From Oligoflexia bacterium (GTDB lineage Bacteria; Bdellovibrionota_G; JALEGL01): 64,000 nt of DNA. The translations under genes were made by a program, and so were the position numbers. Every line of letters starts with the position of its first letter. The first letter of the stretch is position 1. Location of the stretch: the NCBI GenBank assembly GCA_035326705.1, contig DAOLES010000005.1, positions 54,444-118,443 on the forward strand, in the 5' to 3' direction. Below, piece by piece: positions 20,402 through 30,433 of this stretch. The notes under the pieces are model-generated. The model was not told the DNA's origin. It did no database searches and worked only from the letters and a program-made list of their open reading frames with translations.

Positions 20402-21211
20402 ATGTCTAACATAATTTTTAAACCAGAATATATACGGCTTTTTATTTTTTTACTGGGCTTGATTGTTTTTTCCAGTCTAGAATTTTTCTTTCCTTACCGT
20501 TTAAGAAGCTTAAAACGCCGTGAACGTTGGCCAGCTAATATATTGATGGCACTATCCGCTAATTTTCTTATAAAATTACTTCTTCCAACTGGGCTTATCT
20601 TTTTTTCTTTGTATGCCGCTGAGCATAAAATAGGGTTTTTTAATAATACAAAAATTAACCCAATCGTTCAGCTGTTTTTTTCATTGCTGATTTTGGATTT
20701 TGGAATTTATGTTCAGCATATTGTATTCCATAAAGTTCCTCTATTTTGGCGCTTTCATAAAGTTCACCATGCAGATATAGACTTGGATGCGAGCAGCGCT
20801 TTGCGCTTTCACCCTCTAGAAATTATTGTTTCATTACTTTACAAAGGTATAATTGTTATTGCCTTGGGTATTTCTGTTCAAGCCGTTTTAATCTTTGAAA
20901 TTCTTTTAAATTTTATGGCCATGTTTAATCATGCCAATATTCATATTCCTAAAAAAATAGAGCGTTTGTTACGTTTTTTTATTGTTACTCCACAAATGCA
21001 TATTGTTCATCACTCTATTGATAGAAAACAATCTGATACCAATTATGGTTTTAATTTATCGATTTGGGATAAACTATTTAAAACGTATCAAGCTCAATTT
21101 AAAAATGACACTAGCATCGGACTATCATATTATAGAAAAGCGTCTGAGCACCGATTTATCAAAATTTTATTTCTTCCTTTTAAACACCTTAAACAAGCCT
21201 ATGATGATTAA
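20402..21211 (+). CDS. Fatty acid hydroxylase / sterol desaturase family membrane protein
   Basis: Histidine boxes HIVFH, HKVHH and HIVHH in a polytopic membrane protein. Confidence 0.75.
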   Translation: MSNIIFKPEYIRLFIFLLGLIVFSSLEFFFPYRLRSLKRRERWPANILMALSANFLIKLLLPTGLIFFSLYAAEHKIGFFNNTKINPIVQLFFSLLILDFGIYVQHIVFHKVPLFWRFHKVHHADIDLDASSALRFHPLEIIVSLLYKGIIVIALGISVQAVLIFEILLNFMAMFNHANIHIPKKIERLLRFFIVTPQMHIVHHSIDRKQSDTNYGFNLSIWDKLFKTYQAQFKNDTSIGLSYYRKASEHRFIKILFLPFKHLKQAYDD

Positions 21212-21222
21212 TATTGCAGCCT

Positions 21223-22227
21223 CTAATTTACCTCTAAATCAATATACTTTAAATCTGGAACTTCATGTTGAATTTGTTTTTCTATACGATCAATTTCATC
21301 GCCTAAAGTTTCTATCACATGATCACCATACTCTAATAAAAACTGCCTTAGGTCACCTTCTGTTGCTAAATTCTGAATCAACTTATCAAAATCATGGTGA
21401 CTCATGTACTTTTGGGCAATTTTTTCACCATCAAACTCAACTTCTGCTTTAAACAATAAATCTTGCGCACCAATGATGGCTGTTTTAATGTCATAGATCT
21501 GATCTATCACAGGTTCTGCTTTTAAAATTTCTAAAATTTTTTTTCTACTCACTTCAGGTATAGCCTGACCAATCAACAAGCCTCTTGTTCGGTAGGTGAT
21601 AAATGTTGCTACCCCACCAAGCAAAAGCCCAATCAGAATCGTTGCAACGCTGTCCCAAAAAGGATTGTGCGTATAGTAACTAAACCCAAGACCAAGGGCA
21701 GCAATTAAAACCCCTAAAACTGCGGCACCATCTTCTAAAATTACTGCAACACCCGTTGGATCAGTACCCCCTTTAAAATAAGAAATAAAACTTTGTTGCT
21801 TTTTTTTAGCTTCGTTACTGACTGCTTTAAGCGCTATCAACAAAGTTGCTCCTTCAACAATGAATGCAAAGGCTAAGACAACAAACGCTAAGGTATAATC
21901 TTCAATTTCATGCGGATCAAATAGACCATGAACTCCATGGTACACCGTCACTCCACAACCCAAAAAGAAAATACCTACTGCTGATATAAGGGCCCATATG
22001 TAACGCTCTCTAACATAACCATAAGGATGCCTCACATCTGCCTTGCGTTGTGATTTCTGTATACCCAATGCCAATAAACATTGATTGCTCACATCCGCAA
22101 AAGAGTGAATGCCTTCAGACAACATTGAGCTTGATCCGGTAAAAAAAAAGGCAATAAATTTTGCCACCATTACAATACTATTTCCAATAATTGCGCTGTA
22201 TACAGCGACTTTTGATCCACTGGCCAT
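21223..22227 (-). CDS. Cation diffusion facilitator (CDF) family metal transporter
   Basis: Six TM helices, HSFADVSNQ in TM2 and a C-terminal cytoplasmic domain. The start is moved to the internal Met (MASGSKVAVYSAI) because the upstream 29 codons look non-coding. Confidence 0.75.
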   Translation of the reverse strand: MASGSKVAVYSAIIGNSIVMVAKFIAFFFTGSSSMLSEGIHSFADVSNQCLLALGIQKSQRKADVRHPYGYVRERYIWALISAVGIFFLGCGVTVYHGVHGLFDPHEIEDYTLAFVVLAFAFIVEGATLLIALKAVSNEAKKKQQSFISYFKGGTDPTGVAVILEDGAAVLGVLIAALGLGFSYYTHNPFWDSVATILIGLLLGGVATFITYRTRGLLIGQAIPEVSRKKILEILKAEPVIDQIYDIKTAIIGAQDLLFKAEVEFDGEKIAQKYMSHHDFDKLIQNLATEGDLRQFLLEYGDHVIETLGDEIDRIEKQIQHEVPDLKYIDLEVN

Positions 22228-22460
22228 AAACAAGGAATATATAGTGATTGATGTATAGGTCAAGCAGTGAGAAATAAATACACGACTAATATGTTTTAAG
22301 ATGATCTTAAACAATTGTCAGGTCAAGACTTTAACAAGGTTTTTACTCCTATTTATTCTATTAAGAACTAGGATACTCTCCATTCAAACAGATATGAAAA
22401 AGTCTGTTCCCATCAAGAATATTTGGCAGAATAATACTATTTAATTGTATAGCTAATCTC

Positions 22461-23432
22461 TTAGATTAATTTTTTTCTCAATCTCATACCTTGCTTGTAT
22501 TGAAAAAGAAACAAGATCAATAATACAAGTAAAAAATGGCTATTGCTGGATTGACAACGATTATTTTTAGAACTTTGAGGCATACTACATTCACTGGAGC
22601 CCGGCATTGCAACTGTACCATCAGGGCAATGCTGACAATCCGTAGATCCCAGCATATCGGTAAAAGTATTTTCTGGGCAAAGTTGACATGAATTGGATTG
22701 AGTAAACTCTGTAAATGTTCCTACTGGGCAATCTTCACAGCCAGGAGAGCCCGTATTCTCGGTAAAGGTTCCCACCTGACAGATTGTGCAATCTGTTCTG
22801 CCAATGACAAAACTTGAAGATGTTCCTTCTTGACATTCTGTGCAAGCATTAGCAGCAAAAGCATCAGAAAAGGTCCCGGCAGCACACACTCTACAAAAAC
22901 CATCTCCTGCTTGAGCATAAGTCCCAGGACCACAATTGTCACACCCCATACCAGACTCATATTGTCCATCAAGACAGCTTGAAGAGTTTAATGCATCCAC
23001 ACAAACATTGGCTCCGGCCAAACTTACTTTTCCAGGTTCACATTCAAAACAAACCATAGCTTCTGAATTGGGCTGAAACTCATTTTCTGGACAAATCGTA
23101 CAGGTGATACTCCCTGTTATGGGTGCATAACTTCCCGGAGAACAGCTTTGACATGAAGTTTGTCCATAATCAGGTTGAAATTGACCAATTTCACATTCTA
23201 TACATTCTGCTTGGCCTTCATCTGGATTGAATCTTCCAGGCGGACAAGATGTACAGGCAGTTGATCCTTCTTCTGCAGCAAAACTTCCTGCTGGGCAATT
23301 GGCACAAGGCTCTTGTCCATCAAAGCTATAGGTTCCCGGGGAACAGGGCATAGCAAAAACGCTTGCGCTCAAGCTCATTAAAAAAAATACAAAAATAAAG
23401 ATATGTTTCAGTGTATGCATTAGACACATCAT
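22461..23432 (-). CDS. Cysteine-rich repeat surface protein (ephrin-receptor-like / GCC2_GCC3-type repeats) with C-terminal TM anchor
   Basis: A signal peptide is followed by at least 10 tandem units of the form CxxCPxGxF/Y...G...C (for example CTSCPPGRFNPDEGQAECIECEIGQFQPDYGQTSCQSCSPGSYAP). The C-terminus is hydrophobic (FLLVLLILFLF) and followed by basic residues. Confidence 0.6.
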   Translation of the reverse strand: MMCLMHTLKHIFIFVFFLMSLSASVFAMPCSPGTYSFDGQEPCANCPAGSFAAEEGSTACTSCPPGRFNPDEGQAECIECEIGQFQPDYGQTSCQSCSPGSYAPITGSITCTICPENEFQPNSEAMVCFECEPGKVSLAGANVCVDALNSSSCLDGQYESGMGCDNCGPGTYAQAGDGFCRVCAAGTFSDAFAANACTECQEGTSSSFVIGRTDCTICQVGTFTENTGSPGCEDCPVGTFTEFTQSNSCQLCPENTFTDMLGSTDCQHCPDGTVAMPGSSECSMPQSSKNNRCQSSNSHFLLVLLILFLFQYKQGMRLRKKLI

Positions 23433-23665
23433 AAACCATGATGCTGATCCTTGAAAGAAAACAATTGTACTGATTTTTTTATTTTATCTATCTCAAAAAC
23501 AATAGGTATAATATTTTATTAACAACTCAATCCTGTTCATTTGGTTTAATGAAACCCTATTGCATACAACTTTTAATGTTGTACTTAAGTTAGATGAAAT
23601 TATTCAAAACTATGGTAGTCTTGTTCAGAAAAAATTTAAATTATTTAAATTAAAGGAGATCAATC

Positions 23666-24094
23666 ATGGTTATTCATAAAAATGGTTCTGCCGTTTGGAC
23701 GGGCGGTTTAAAAAATGGCAAAGGAACAGTATCTACACAAAGTGGCGCTTTAAACAATCAACCCTATGGTTTTAATACCCGGTTTGAAGGTGCTGCAGGA
23801 ACCAACCCAGAGGAGCTCATTGGGGCTGCTCACGCAGGGTGTTTTAGCATGGCATTGGCCAAAATCATTGAAGAAGCTGGCTTGAGTGCAGAAAAAATAG
23901 AGACCTCTGCTAAGGTGACTTTAGAAAAATTAGAGGATGGCTTTAACATTACCAAAGTACATTTGAATTTGAATGCTCAAGTTCCAGGTGCAGATGAAAA
24001 TACTGTTAAAGAATTGGCACAAAAAGCAAAAGTAGGTTGCCCAGTTTCCAAGCTGCTTAATGCTGAGATCACACTAGAAACAACTGTTGCTTAA
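23666..24094 (+). CDS. osmC: OsmC family peroxiredoxin
   Basis: GTNPEELIGAAHAGCFSMAL and VGCPVSKLL carry the two conserved OsmC cysteines. The RBS AAAGGAG lies upstream. Confidence 0.9.
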   Translation: MVIHKNGSAVWTGGLKNGKGTVSTQSGALNNQPYGFNTRFEGAAGTNPEELIGAAHAGCFSMALAKIIEEAGLSAEKIETSAKVTLEKLEDGFNITKVHLNLNAQVPGADENTVKELAQKAKVGCPVSKLLNAEITLETTVA

Positions 24095-24108
24095 TACAAA
24101 AAAAACTG

Positions 24109-24142
24109 TGGGGCAGTTAGAAAACTCAAACAAACTGCCCCA
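24109..24142. terminator. Bidirectional hairpin terminator between convergent genes
   Basis: TGGGGCAGTT...AACTGCCCCA forms a 10 bp stem, flanked by an A-run on the left and sitting between two stop codons. Confidence 0.55.
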
Positions 24143-24151
24143 TACTACAAA

Positions 24152-24910
24152 TTACTGGTTTTGATATTTTTTCTTCATTTCTTCTGCCATTTTTTTCATT
24201 TCTTCTATTTTTTTGGCATCCATTCCACCGTTTTTCATGGCATCCATCATTGATTTTTTCATACCTTCCATATCTTGATCTGCAACTGGAACAGTGTTCA
24301 TCTTTTTATAATCTTTGGGTAAAGTAAACATGGATGATTTTATATTTTCTTCTTTGAGTGAAACCACTGTAACTTGGGTTTCAAGCTTGTTACCTTTTTT
24401 AGATTCAAACTCTAATGGGAAGCCTTTTATATCTTTAGGCAATATTGAGCGTTTTTTATTGGTGTAAAACGCCGCCATCATGGGTTTGTATTTTTTGTAC
24501 AAACTATCACTTAAACAAACATTTTCAATCTGAGTTTGGCTTTTCTTTTCATAAACCTGACAGCTATGCCCTGCGATGGTTTTTTTATCTTTTGTGGGTT
24601 TAAAATCATCGCTGTTTTTATGATGGACTGCTTCATTGACTGTATGTTCCATATAAGATTTCTTTTCAGGAAATAACGTATAGTTTACATTATTTTTAGC
24701 ATCACTTAAATGAATCATATTACCCATGGGCATGTTTTTAAAATTCATTTCCACCCTTGTCATTCCATTTTGATAAAAGGCTTGCATGCTACCACTCATA
24801 TTGTGATTTTCTTGGTTAACCTTAAGTTCATAGTTAATCACTACGCCTTTTGCATACACAGAAAACAATAAGCCAGATAATAGTAAAATAAAATACATGG
24901 AACGCATCAT
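24152..24910 (-). CDS. DUF4412-like secreted protein (paralog A)
   Basis: Signal peptide present. It shares KTIAGHSCQVYEK, VCLSDSLYKKYKPMM and KDIKGFPLEFESK blocks with the ORF at 27088-27771. It has a Met/Lys-rich C-terminal tail. Confidence 0.5.
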   Translation of the reverse strand: MMRSMYFILLLSGLLFSVYAKGVVINYELKVNQENHNMSGSMQAFYQNGMTRVEMNFKNMPMGNMIHLSDAKNNVNYTLFPEKKSYMEHTVNEAVHHKNSDDFKPTKDKKTIAGHSCQVYEKKSQTQIENVCLSDSLYKKYKPMMAAFYTNKKRSILPKDIKGFPLEFESKKGNKLETQVTVVSLKEENIKSSMFTLPKDYKKMNTVPVADQDMEGMKKSMMDAMKNGGMDAKKIEEMKKMAEEMKKKYQNQ

Positions 24911-25192
24911 AAAAATCTCCTTTAATATTTAATTAGTGATAACCTTTTAACGGCTTTAAGCCTGAAATTCAACTATATACGCTGACCTATACAATTTATT
25001 GCCCCTGCAAAGCTGTGTTAAAATCACCCATTATCGTTATATACACTTAAACAAACTGCGAAACTTTTTACGCAATTAATTCATAAAATGGGACATTTAA
25101 CACCGTTTTACAATCCTTAAATCTTGTAAAAGCCTTAATATACAAGCTTTTTATAGCTTGTACTTGGCATTATAATTGCTGTTTATGCTCAC

Positions 25193-25897
25193 ATGCAACG
25201 ACACAATGATACACGCGGCCATGCTGCTATAAAAACAATTGGGATCTTGGGGCTGGTCCTTGCAAACTACTTCAATATAATATTTGCTCAATCTAACACA
25301 GACCATTCATTTAATTATATTGGAGCTCAGCATAACATGCTATCCAATCAAGTGAGTTGGAAGCAAGTTCGTGAAAGTACATCAGGACCTTTACTTGACT
25401 TAAAGTATATCTATAAAGATGGTGATGGTCATGAAGAAATACTTGAATTAAGAGACCATCCTGCTTTTAATTACTTTTCTCATCCAGAAAAATTCATTCC
25501 TGAAGCCAGACGCATGATGGATCATATCTATTTATTATTGGATAATGTGTATGCACCAGAAAAACGAGTCTATCATTCAGAAGACAGAACCTTGGTTAGA
25601 AAAAAACTTTACGATCACCTTGGCATGCTCAATCATTTTTTTACATTAAGCTGCAATCAATTAAAAGATGATCCTGAAACTTATTTGGCTAAATTCCGTG
25701 AGAAATACAATGAAGAGAAACCTTCTTTTTTTGGTTATATTGGGGGTGTTGTAGGTTTTAGTGAAGCATGGGAAGACCATGGTTTAAATATAATGGAAGC
25801 CCGCATCAGACAATGCAATGAAGGGTATGGCAATATTGCACAGATATACAGAACACTGAGTGAAATTTTACACTATCAACTGAACAATAATGGTTGA
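25193..25897 (+). CDS. Hypothetical protein (possible signal anchor)
   Basis: 234 aa ORF with a hydrophobic N-terminal segment. No recognised family. Confidence 0.4.
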   Translation: MQRHNDTRGHAAIKTIGILGLVLANYFNIIFAQSNTDHSFNYIGAQHNMLSNQVSWKQVRESTSGPLLDLKYIYKDGDGHEEILELRDHPAFNYFSHPEKFIPEARRMMDHIYLLLDNVYAPEKRVYHSEDRTLVRKKLYDHLGMLNHFFTLSCNQLKDDPETYLAKFREKYNEEKPSFFGYIGGVVGFSEAWEDHGLNIMEARIRQCNEGYGNIAQIYRTLSEILHYQLNNNG

Positions 25898-25969
25898 TAA
25901 ATAGCTGTTTTATACAAACTGTATTTTGTTCTTTGCTTGACTTTAAATCATAAAAGAACTTAACTCTTC

Positions 25970-26473
25970 ATGATGAAATTGGCTTTTTTAATCATTGACA
26001 TGCAAAAAGAGTTTAACACCAGCTCTGAAACTGAATACTTAATGCAAGAAGCTTCTGAGTATATTGTATGGACGCATCGTTTATTTAAACACAACCATTG
26101 GCCAACCATTGTCATTCAAGATGCAGACATGCCAGATGGCAAAAATAATCCAGGCTACGCCATGATTGATGCGCTGTCTTCTATTGAAGCCGATGCTTAT
26201 GTTTCCAAACTTTTACCCAATTCTTTTTGGGAAACTGAACTCAATACAATTTTAAAAGGTTACAATGTGGACTCGGTATTGTTGTCTGGATTCAATGCTG
26301 CTTATTGCGTGACCGCAACCTATTTTGGTGCACTTGAACGTGGATGGCAACCTTCTATTCTTAAAAATGGCATTGCCAGTCATAAAGAGCGTTATGTTCT
26401 TCAAGCTCAAGAACTATTTGATTGTTTAAGTTACAATCAAATAGCAGCTTTTATAAAAAGTAGCTCTCCCTAG
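25970..26473 (+). CDS. Isochorismatase-family cysteine hydrolase
   Basis: AFLIIDMQKEF (catalytic Asp), a mid-protein Lys region and SGFNAAYCVTAT (catalytic Cys). Confidence 0.75.
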   Translation: MMKLAFLIIDMQKEFNTSSETEYLMQEASEYIVWTHRLFKHNHWPTIVIQDADMPDGKNNPGYAMIDALSSIEADAYVSKLLPNSFWETELNTILKGYNVDSVLLSGFNAAYCVTATYFGALERGWQPSILKNGIASHKERYVLQAQELFDCLSYNQIAAFIKSSSP

Positions 26474-26581
26474 TATGCTTTATTGATTATAGACATGCAA
26501 AATTTCTATTTTTCATACTGAACAAGATACTTAAAATACCTTTTATAAGTTCATGTTTTGATGTAAATTATTTAAATAATA

Positions 26582-27058
26582 ATGTACTATTTATCAAAAC
26601 AAAGAAATAAAAATGTTGTATTGGCTTATGAAAAATATATGGGCTATATTGAAAGTCAGCAAGATTTATTCTCAAAAAACATTTTAAAGCTTATTCAATC
26701 TGATTGGTATTATAACCCAAATGAACCAAAGTGTCCGCATGATGCTTGGCTGGAAAACTTATTCATATCTGAAAAATCTTATGGAGACAGAAATGAAAAG
26801 AGTGCGACCTCAATTTCTATAACCCTCCTTAATGCCTATCATAATGCAACAATTACATTCGAATATGAAAATGTGATTTCTTATAATTTGAGTTTTTTAA
26901 AAAATAAACATGCCCGACAAGATTGGTTGTATGATGAATTTAGAGTCTCTGAAAATAAAAAAATCCTACATGAAATTGAGTGGTCTGGATTTAAAACTTT
27001 ATCTACATGGACTATTGAAGCAGAAGACATACATTATAAATTTGATGAAATAAAGTAG
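26582..27058 (+). CDS. Hypothetical protein (weak resemblance to polymorphic-toxin immunity proteins)
   Basis: 158 aa cytoplasmic-looking ORF. The HDAWLENLFISE...ISITLLNAYHNATITFEYENV pattern is reminiscent of Imm-type proteins, but this is memory only. Confidence 0.35.
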   Translation: MYYLSKQRNKNVVLAYEKYMGYIESQQDLFSKNILKLIQSDWYYNPNEPKCPHDAWLENLFISEKSYGDRNEKSATSISITLLNAYHNATITFEYENVISYNLSFLKNKHARQDWLYDEFRVSENKKILHEIEWSGFKTLSTWTIEAEDIHYKFDEIK

Positions 27059-27087
27059 TTCTTAAGTAAAAAAATATCTCTTAAACG

Positions 27088-27771
27088 CTAAGATAAATTA
27101 ATTTTTTTAGTGTTGTTGTCCGATATCTTCTTTTTTATACTCTCAACTTTTTTGTATGTTTTGGGTAAATCAAACATCTTAGGTTGAATATTTTTTTCCT
27201 TTAAATCTTGAAGCTTTAGCTTTGACAGAGTTTTTCCATCAACTGTTGCTTGATATTCAAGTGGAAAGCCTTCAATGTCTTTTAAATAATAAGACTGTTT
27301 TTGCCCAAGCTGTTTAAAACTATCCATAAACTTTTGATACTTCTTATACAGCTCTTCACTGACACACACGGTTTCAACATAATCTTTTTTTATTTTACCA
27401 AACACCTCACATGAAAATCCGGCAATGGTTTTGGTTTCATTGCTAGGCTTGTATTTTTTTTCATGAGATTTTGTTTTTAGTTTTGGGTATTTAAATTGTA
27501 CATAGGTTTTGCTGTTTTCAAATAACATGTAACTTTTTTTATTTTTAGCATCAACAATATGAACAATTTTTTCTAAATCCTCTTGACCATTATTTAAAGC
27601 AATCTCCATTCTCATTTTTTCATCATCATAAAAAGTAGTAATTTCACCAAAAAGAGTGCTTGTTTCATCTACTGCCAGCAAAGCATAGCTTGCGTAAACT
27701 CCTTTTGCATAAACTAATTTTGCACTTACCATAAATGTAAACAATACTAATGAAGATAAAAATTTTAACAT
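27088..27771 (-). CDS. DUF4412-like secreted protein (paralog B)
   Basis: Signal peptide present, with conserved blocks KTIAGFSCEVFGK, VCVSEELYKKYQKFM and KDIEGFPLEYQAT shared with 24152-24910. Confidence 0.5.
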   Translation of the reverse strand: MLKFLSSLVLFTFMVSAKLVYAKGVYASYALLAVDETSTLFGEITTFYDDEKMRMEIALNNGQEDLEKIVHIVDAKNKKSYMLFENSKTYVQFKYPKLKTKSHEKKYKPSNETKTIAGFSCEVFGKIKKDYVETVCVSEELYKKYQKFMDSFKQLGQKQSYYLKDIEGFPLEYQATVDGKTLSKLKLQDLKEKNIQPKMFDLPKTYKKVESIKKKISDNNTKKINLS

Positions 27772-27826
27772 ACCGTTTCTCCGTTATTCTAATAACCTAA
27801 AGGATTAGATAATTAATGTTAACAAC

Positions 27827-28003
27827 TTATGAAATTATTTTTTTTGTTGCTTTGTAAGCCAACACTGAAAATGTAATAAATAAGATGAGAAAAACAAAGA
27901 AAAGAAACTTGGCAATTCCTGCTGATGCAGCAGCAATACCGGTAAAACCAAATAATGCTGCAATCAAAGATACAATAAAGAAAAAAATAGCCAATTTCAA
28001 CAT
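27827..28003 (-). CDS. DUF1328 / UPF0391 small membrane protein (58 aa, missed by the ORF track)
   Basis: Manual translation gives [70 protein letters not shown] is the YtjA-family signature, and AAGGAG lies 7 nt upstream of the ATG. Confidence 0.75.
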   Translation of the reverse strand: MLKLAIFFFIVSLIAALFGFTGIAAASAGIAKFLFFVFLILFITFSVLAYKATKKIIS

Positions 28004-28325
28004 AAGTCACTCCTTGTTATTTTTTTTAAAATTAGCTTTAAAAGTAAAGTTTGCCTACTAACTTTAGTAAGCAATCTATTTGTATTTTTACGTTGTTTTT
28101 AACAATAGGCTGTTTTAATACTTAATAGTAAAGTACTTACCCATGAAAAAAATACATAAAAACCCACTTAAAAAATAGAAGATGCAGTAGATACAACGAT
28201 TTACCAAAATTAAAAAAACTTTTAAAAAAATCAATATTAGAATTTAAAAACCCCATAATACATGTGAATTTATTCTTTCTTTTTCCTTTGCCTCAGGATT
28301 AAATTTTGGATAGGTGTTGAAATAT

Positions 28326-30242
28326 ATGAATAAAGATTTTAAACCCCATATACCCGCGCAACAAAATCCACCTGAATTTACAGTTAAAGCTGTTTTGGTT
28401 GGTTGTGTAGCCGGGTGTCTTTTTGGTGCTGCCAATGCTTACCTCGGTCTGCGTGTTGGCTTAACCATCAGCACCTCTATCCCTATTGCCGTTATTGCCG
28501 TCTTGGCTTTTTTTGCCTTACCTCCTTTTGGTAAGCTGGCTTCCATTTTAGAAACCAACATTGCCCAAACTGTTGGTTCAGCCTCATCGTCTCTGGCTTC
28601 TGGTCTTATTTTTACCGTACCAGCTTTATTTCTTTGGCAACAAAATCCAACGCTTGGGCAAATTGTCTTGGTGTCTGTCAGTGGGGGAATCTTAGGTATT
28701 TTATTTATGATTCCATTGCGTCGGACGCTGATTCGTGATGAGCATGAAACCTTACCTTATCCAGAAGGCACTGCCTGTGCTAAAGTAATGATAGCCGCTG
28801 AAAAAGGGGGCAATCATGCGATGCCTGTTTTTAAGGGTATTTTAATTGGTGGCTTTTTAAAATTTGTTTTATCTTGGGCTAAGGTCATTAAGGATGATTT
28901 TCATATCAACTTACCGTTTATCCCCAAAGCTCAGTTTGGTTTGGAGTTTAGCCCCGCACTTTTGGGTGTGGGTTTTATTTTAGGTTTGCGCATTGCCACT
29001 GTCATGGTTGCAGGATCTGCCTTGGCTTGGTTTGTAATTATCCCAGCAATTGCCATTTGGGGGCAAAATCAAACCGCTCCTCTTTATCCTGAAACAATAG
29101 CACTGATTACAGATATGTCCCCTGGTCAGATTTGGACCCGCTATGTACGCTACATTGGTGCTGGCGCCGTGGCTTTTGGTGGCTTACTCTCTCTGTTAAA
29201 AACCTTACCCACTATTTTTTCAAGTTTTCGCCAGGGCATTGCTGACTTTAAAAACCGAGTTCCAAAACCAGATGAAACCCAGATTTCTAGACATGAAAGA
29301 GACCTAAGCCTAAAAACTTCCCTCATTATTATGGCTATAATTATTGCTTTGCTGATCATTGCCCCCACCGGATTGACTTATTTACCTGGTTTTGGCGCAA
29401 AAATAGTCAGTGTAATTTTGGCTGTGGTTTTTGCGTTCTTTTTTGTCACTGTATCCAGTAGAATTGTGGGTATGGTAGGCGTTTCATCTAACCCAACCTC
29501 AGGCATGACCATAGCCACCCTAATTGCAACCTGTGGTATATTTTACATGCTCAATTGGATGGGCAGTTTGGCCATGGCCCAAGCTTTAATTATTGGCACC
29601 TTGGTGGCAACCGCAGCTTCCATTGCTGGAGATACTTCACAAGATTTAAAAAGTGGTTTTTTGCTAGGATCAACGCCCAAGTTTCAACAAATAGGTGAAA
29701 TTTTAGGTGTGGTCACCTCAGTGACCTTTGTCTGTTTTTCTTTGTACGCCCTGGCCAAAACCTATGGTTTTGGTACACAAGAACTCCCTGCACCCCAAGC
29801 CATGCTCATGAAAGTGGTAATTGAAGGGATTTTATCAACTGAACACTCTTTGCCATGGTCACTGGTAGCTATAGGTGCTGGGATTGCTGCCATTGCAGCT
29901 TTGTTTAGATTACCCGTCTTAGCGTTTGCAGTGGGAGTTTACTTGCCATTGTCTTCCATGTTTCCTATTTTTATGGGCGGATTGATTCGCTACTGGGTTG
30001 AAAAGCGTAAATCCAGTGAAAATGGTATTTTACTTTGCTCAGGTTTTGTCGGCGGCGAAGGTTTATTTGGTGTAGGTATTGCTTTTTATGCGCTACTGAC
30101 CAGCTCCAAACCACAAGGCTGGGGCAGTCAATGGGCAGGAGCTTTAGAATCATGGCTCCCACTCATCTGTATGCTTGCATTAAGCTTTTTTGTTGGGTAT
30201 TTTTCTGTTAAAGGCAAACAAAACAACAATTCAAACGCATAG
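28326..30242 (+). CDS. OPT superfamily oligopeptide transporter
   Basis: About 16 TM helices. EFTVKAVLVGCVAGCLFGAANAYLGLRVGLT and PYPEGTACA are typical OPT motifs. The start is taken at the ATG of MNKDFKP. Confidence 0.85.
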   Translation: MNKDFKPHIPAQQNPPEFTVKAVLVGCVAGCLFGAANAYLGLRVGLTISTSIPIAVIAVLAFFALPPFGKLASILETNIAQTVGSASSSLASGLIFTVPALFLWQQNPTLGQIVLVSVSGGILGILFMIPLRRTLIRDEHETLPYPEGTACAKVMIAAEKGGNHAMPVFKGILIGGFLKFVLSWAKVIKDDFHINLPFIPKAQFGLEFSPALLGVGFILGLRIATVMVAGSALAWFVIIPAIAIWGQNQTAPLYPETIALITDMSPGQIWTRYVRYIGAGAVAFGGLLSLLKTLPTIFSSFRQGIADFKNRVPKPDETQISRHERDLSLKTSLIIMAIIIALLIIAPTGLTYLPGFGAKIVSVILAVVFAFFFVTVSSRIVGMVGVSSNPTSGMTIATLIATCGIFYMLNWMGSLAMAQALIIGTLVATAASIAGDTSQDLKSGFLLGSTPKFQQIGEILGVVTSVTFVCFSLYALAKTYGFGTQELPAPQAMLMKVVIEGILSTEHSLPWSLVAIGAGIAAIAALFRLPVLAFAVGVYLPLSSMFPIFMGGLIRYWVEKRKSSENGILLCSGFVGGEGLFGVGIAFYALLTSSKPQGWGSQWAGALESWLPLICMLALSFFVGYFSVKGKQNNNSNA

Positions 30243-30433
30243 ATAGTATGAAACGTCTGTTTCTTCTTAATTGATTTAATAATTTTTTATTATTAGGAGC
30301 CTACCGTGTGTTTAAAAAACACACGATGTAGTGTTCCGTATTTTTATTACCAATAGTGTTTGTGTATCACTACAAAACCGACTTTTTTTTCAAATAGCTT
30401 GCCATTTTAAAATATTTACTCAAAAATAAAGCC

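Noticed and set aside
20982-21452. 156 aa plus-strand ORF spanning the end of the hydroxylase gene and the antisense strand of the CDF gene
   Set aside because: It overlaps two well-supported genes, and the sequence has no recognisable features.
27819-28010. 63 aa ORF-track call ([18 protein letters not shown]...)
   Set aside because: The composition is implausible (Cys/Phe/Tyr-rich, no RBS). A different frame on the same strand gives a textbook DUF1328 protein with an RBS.
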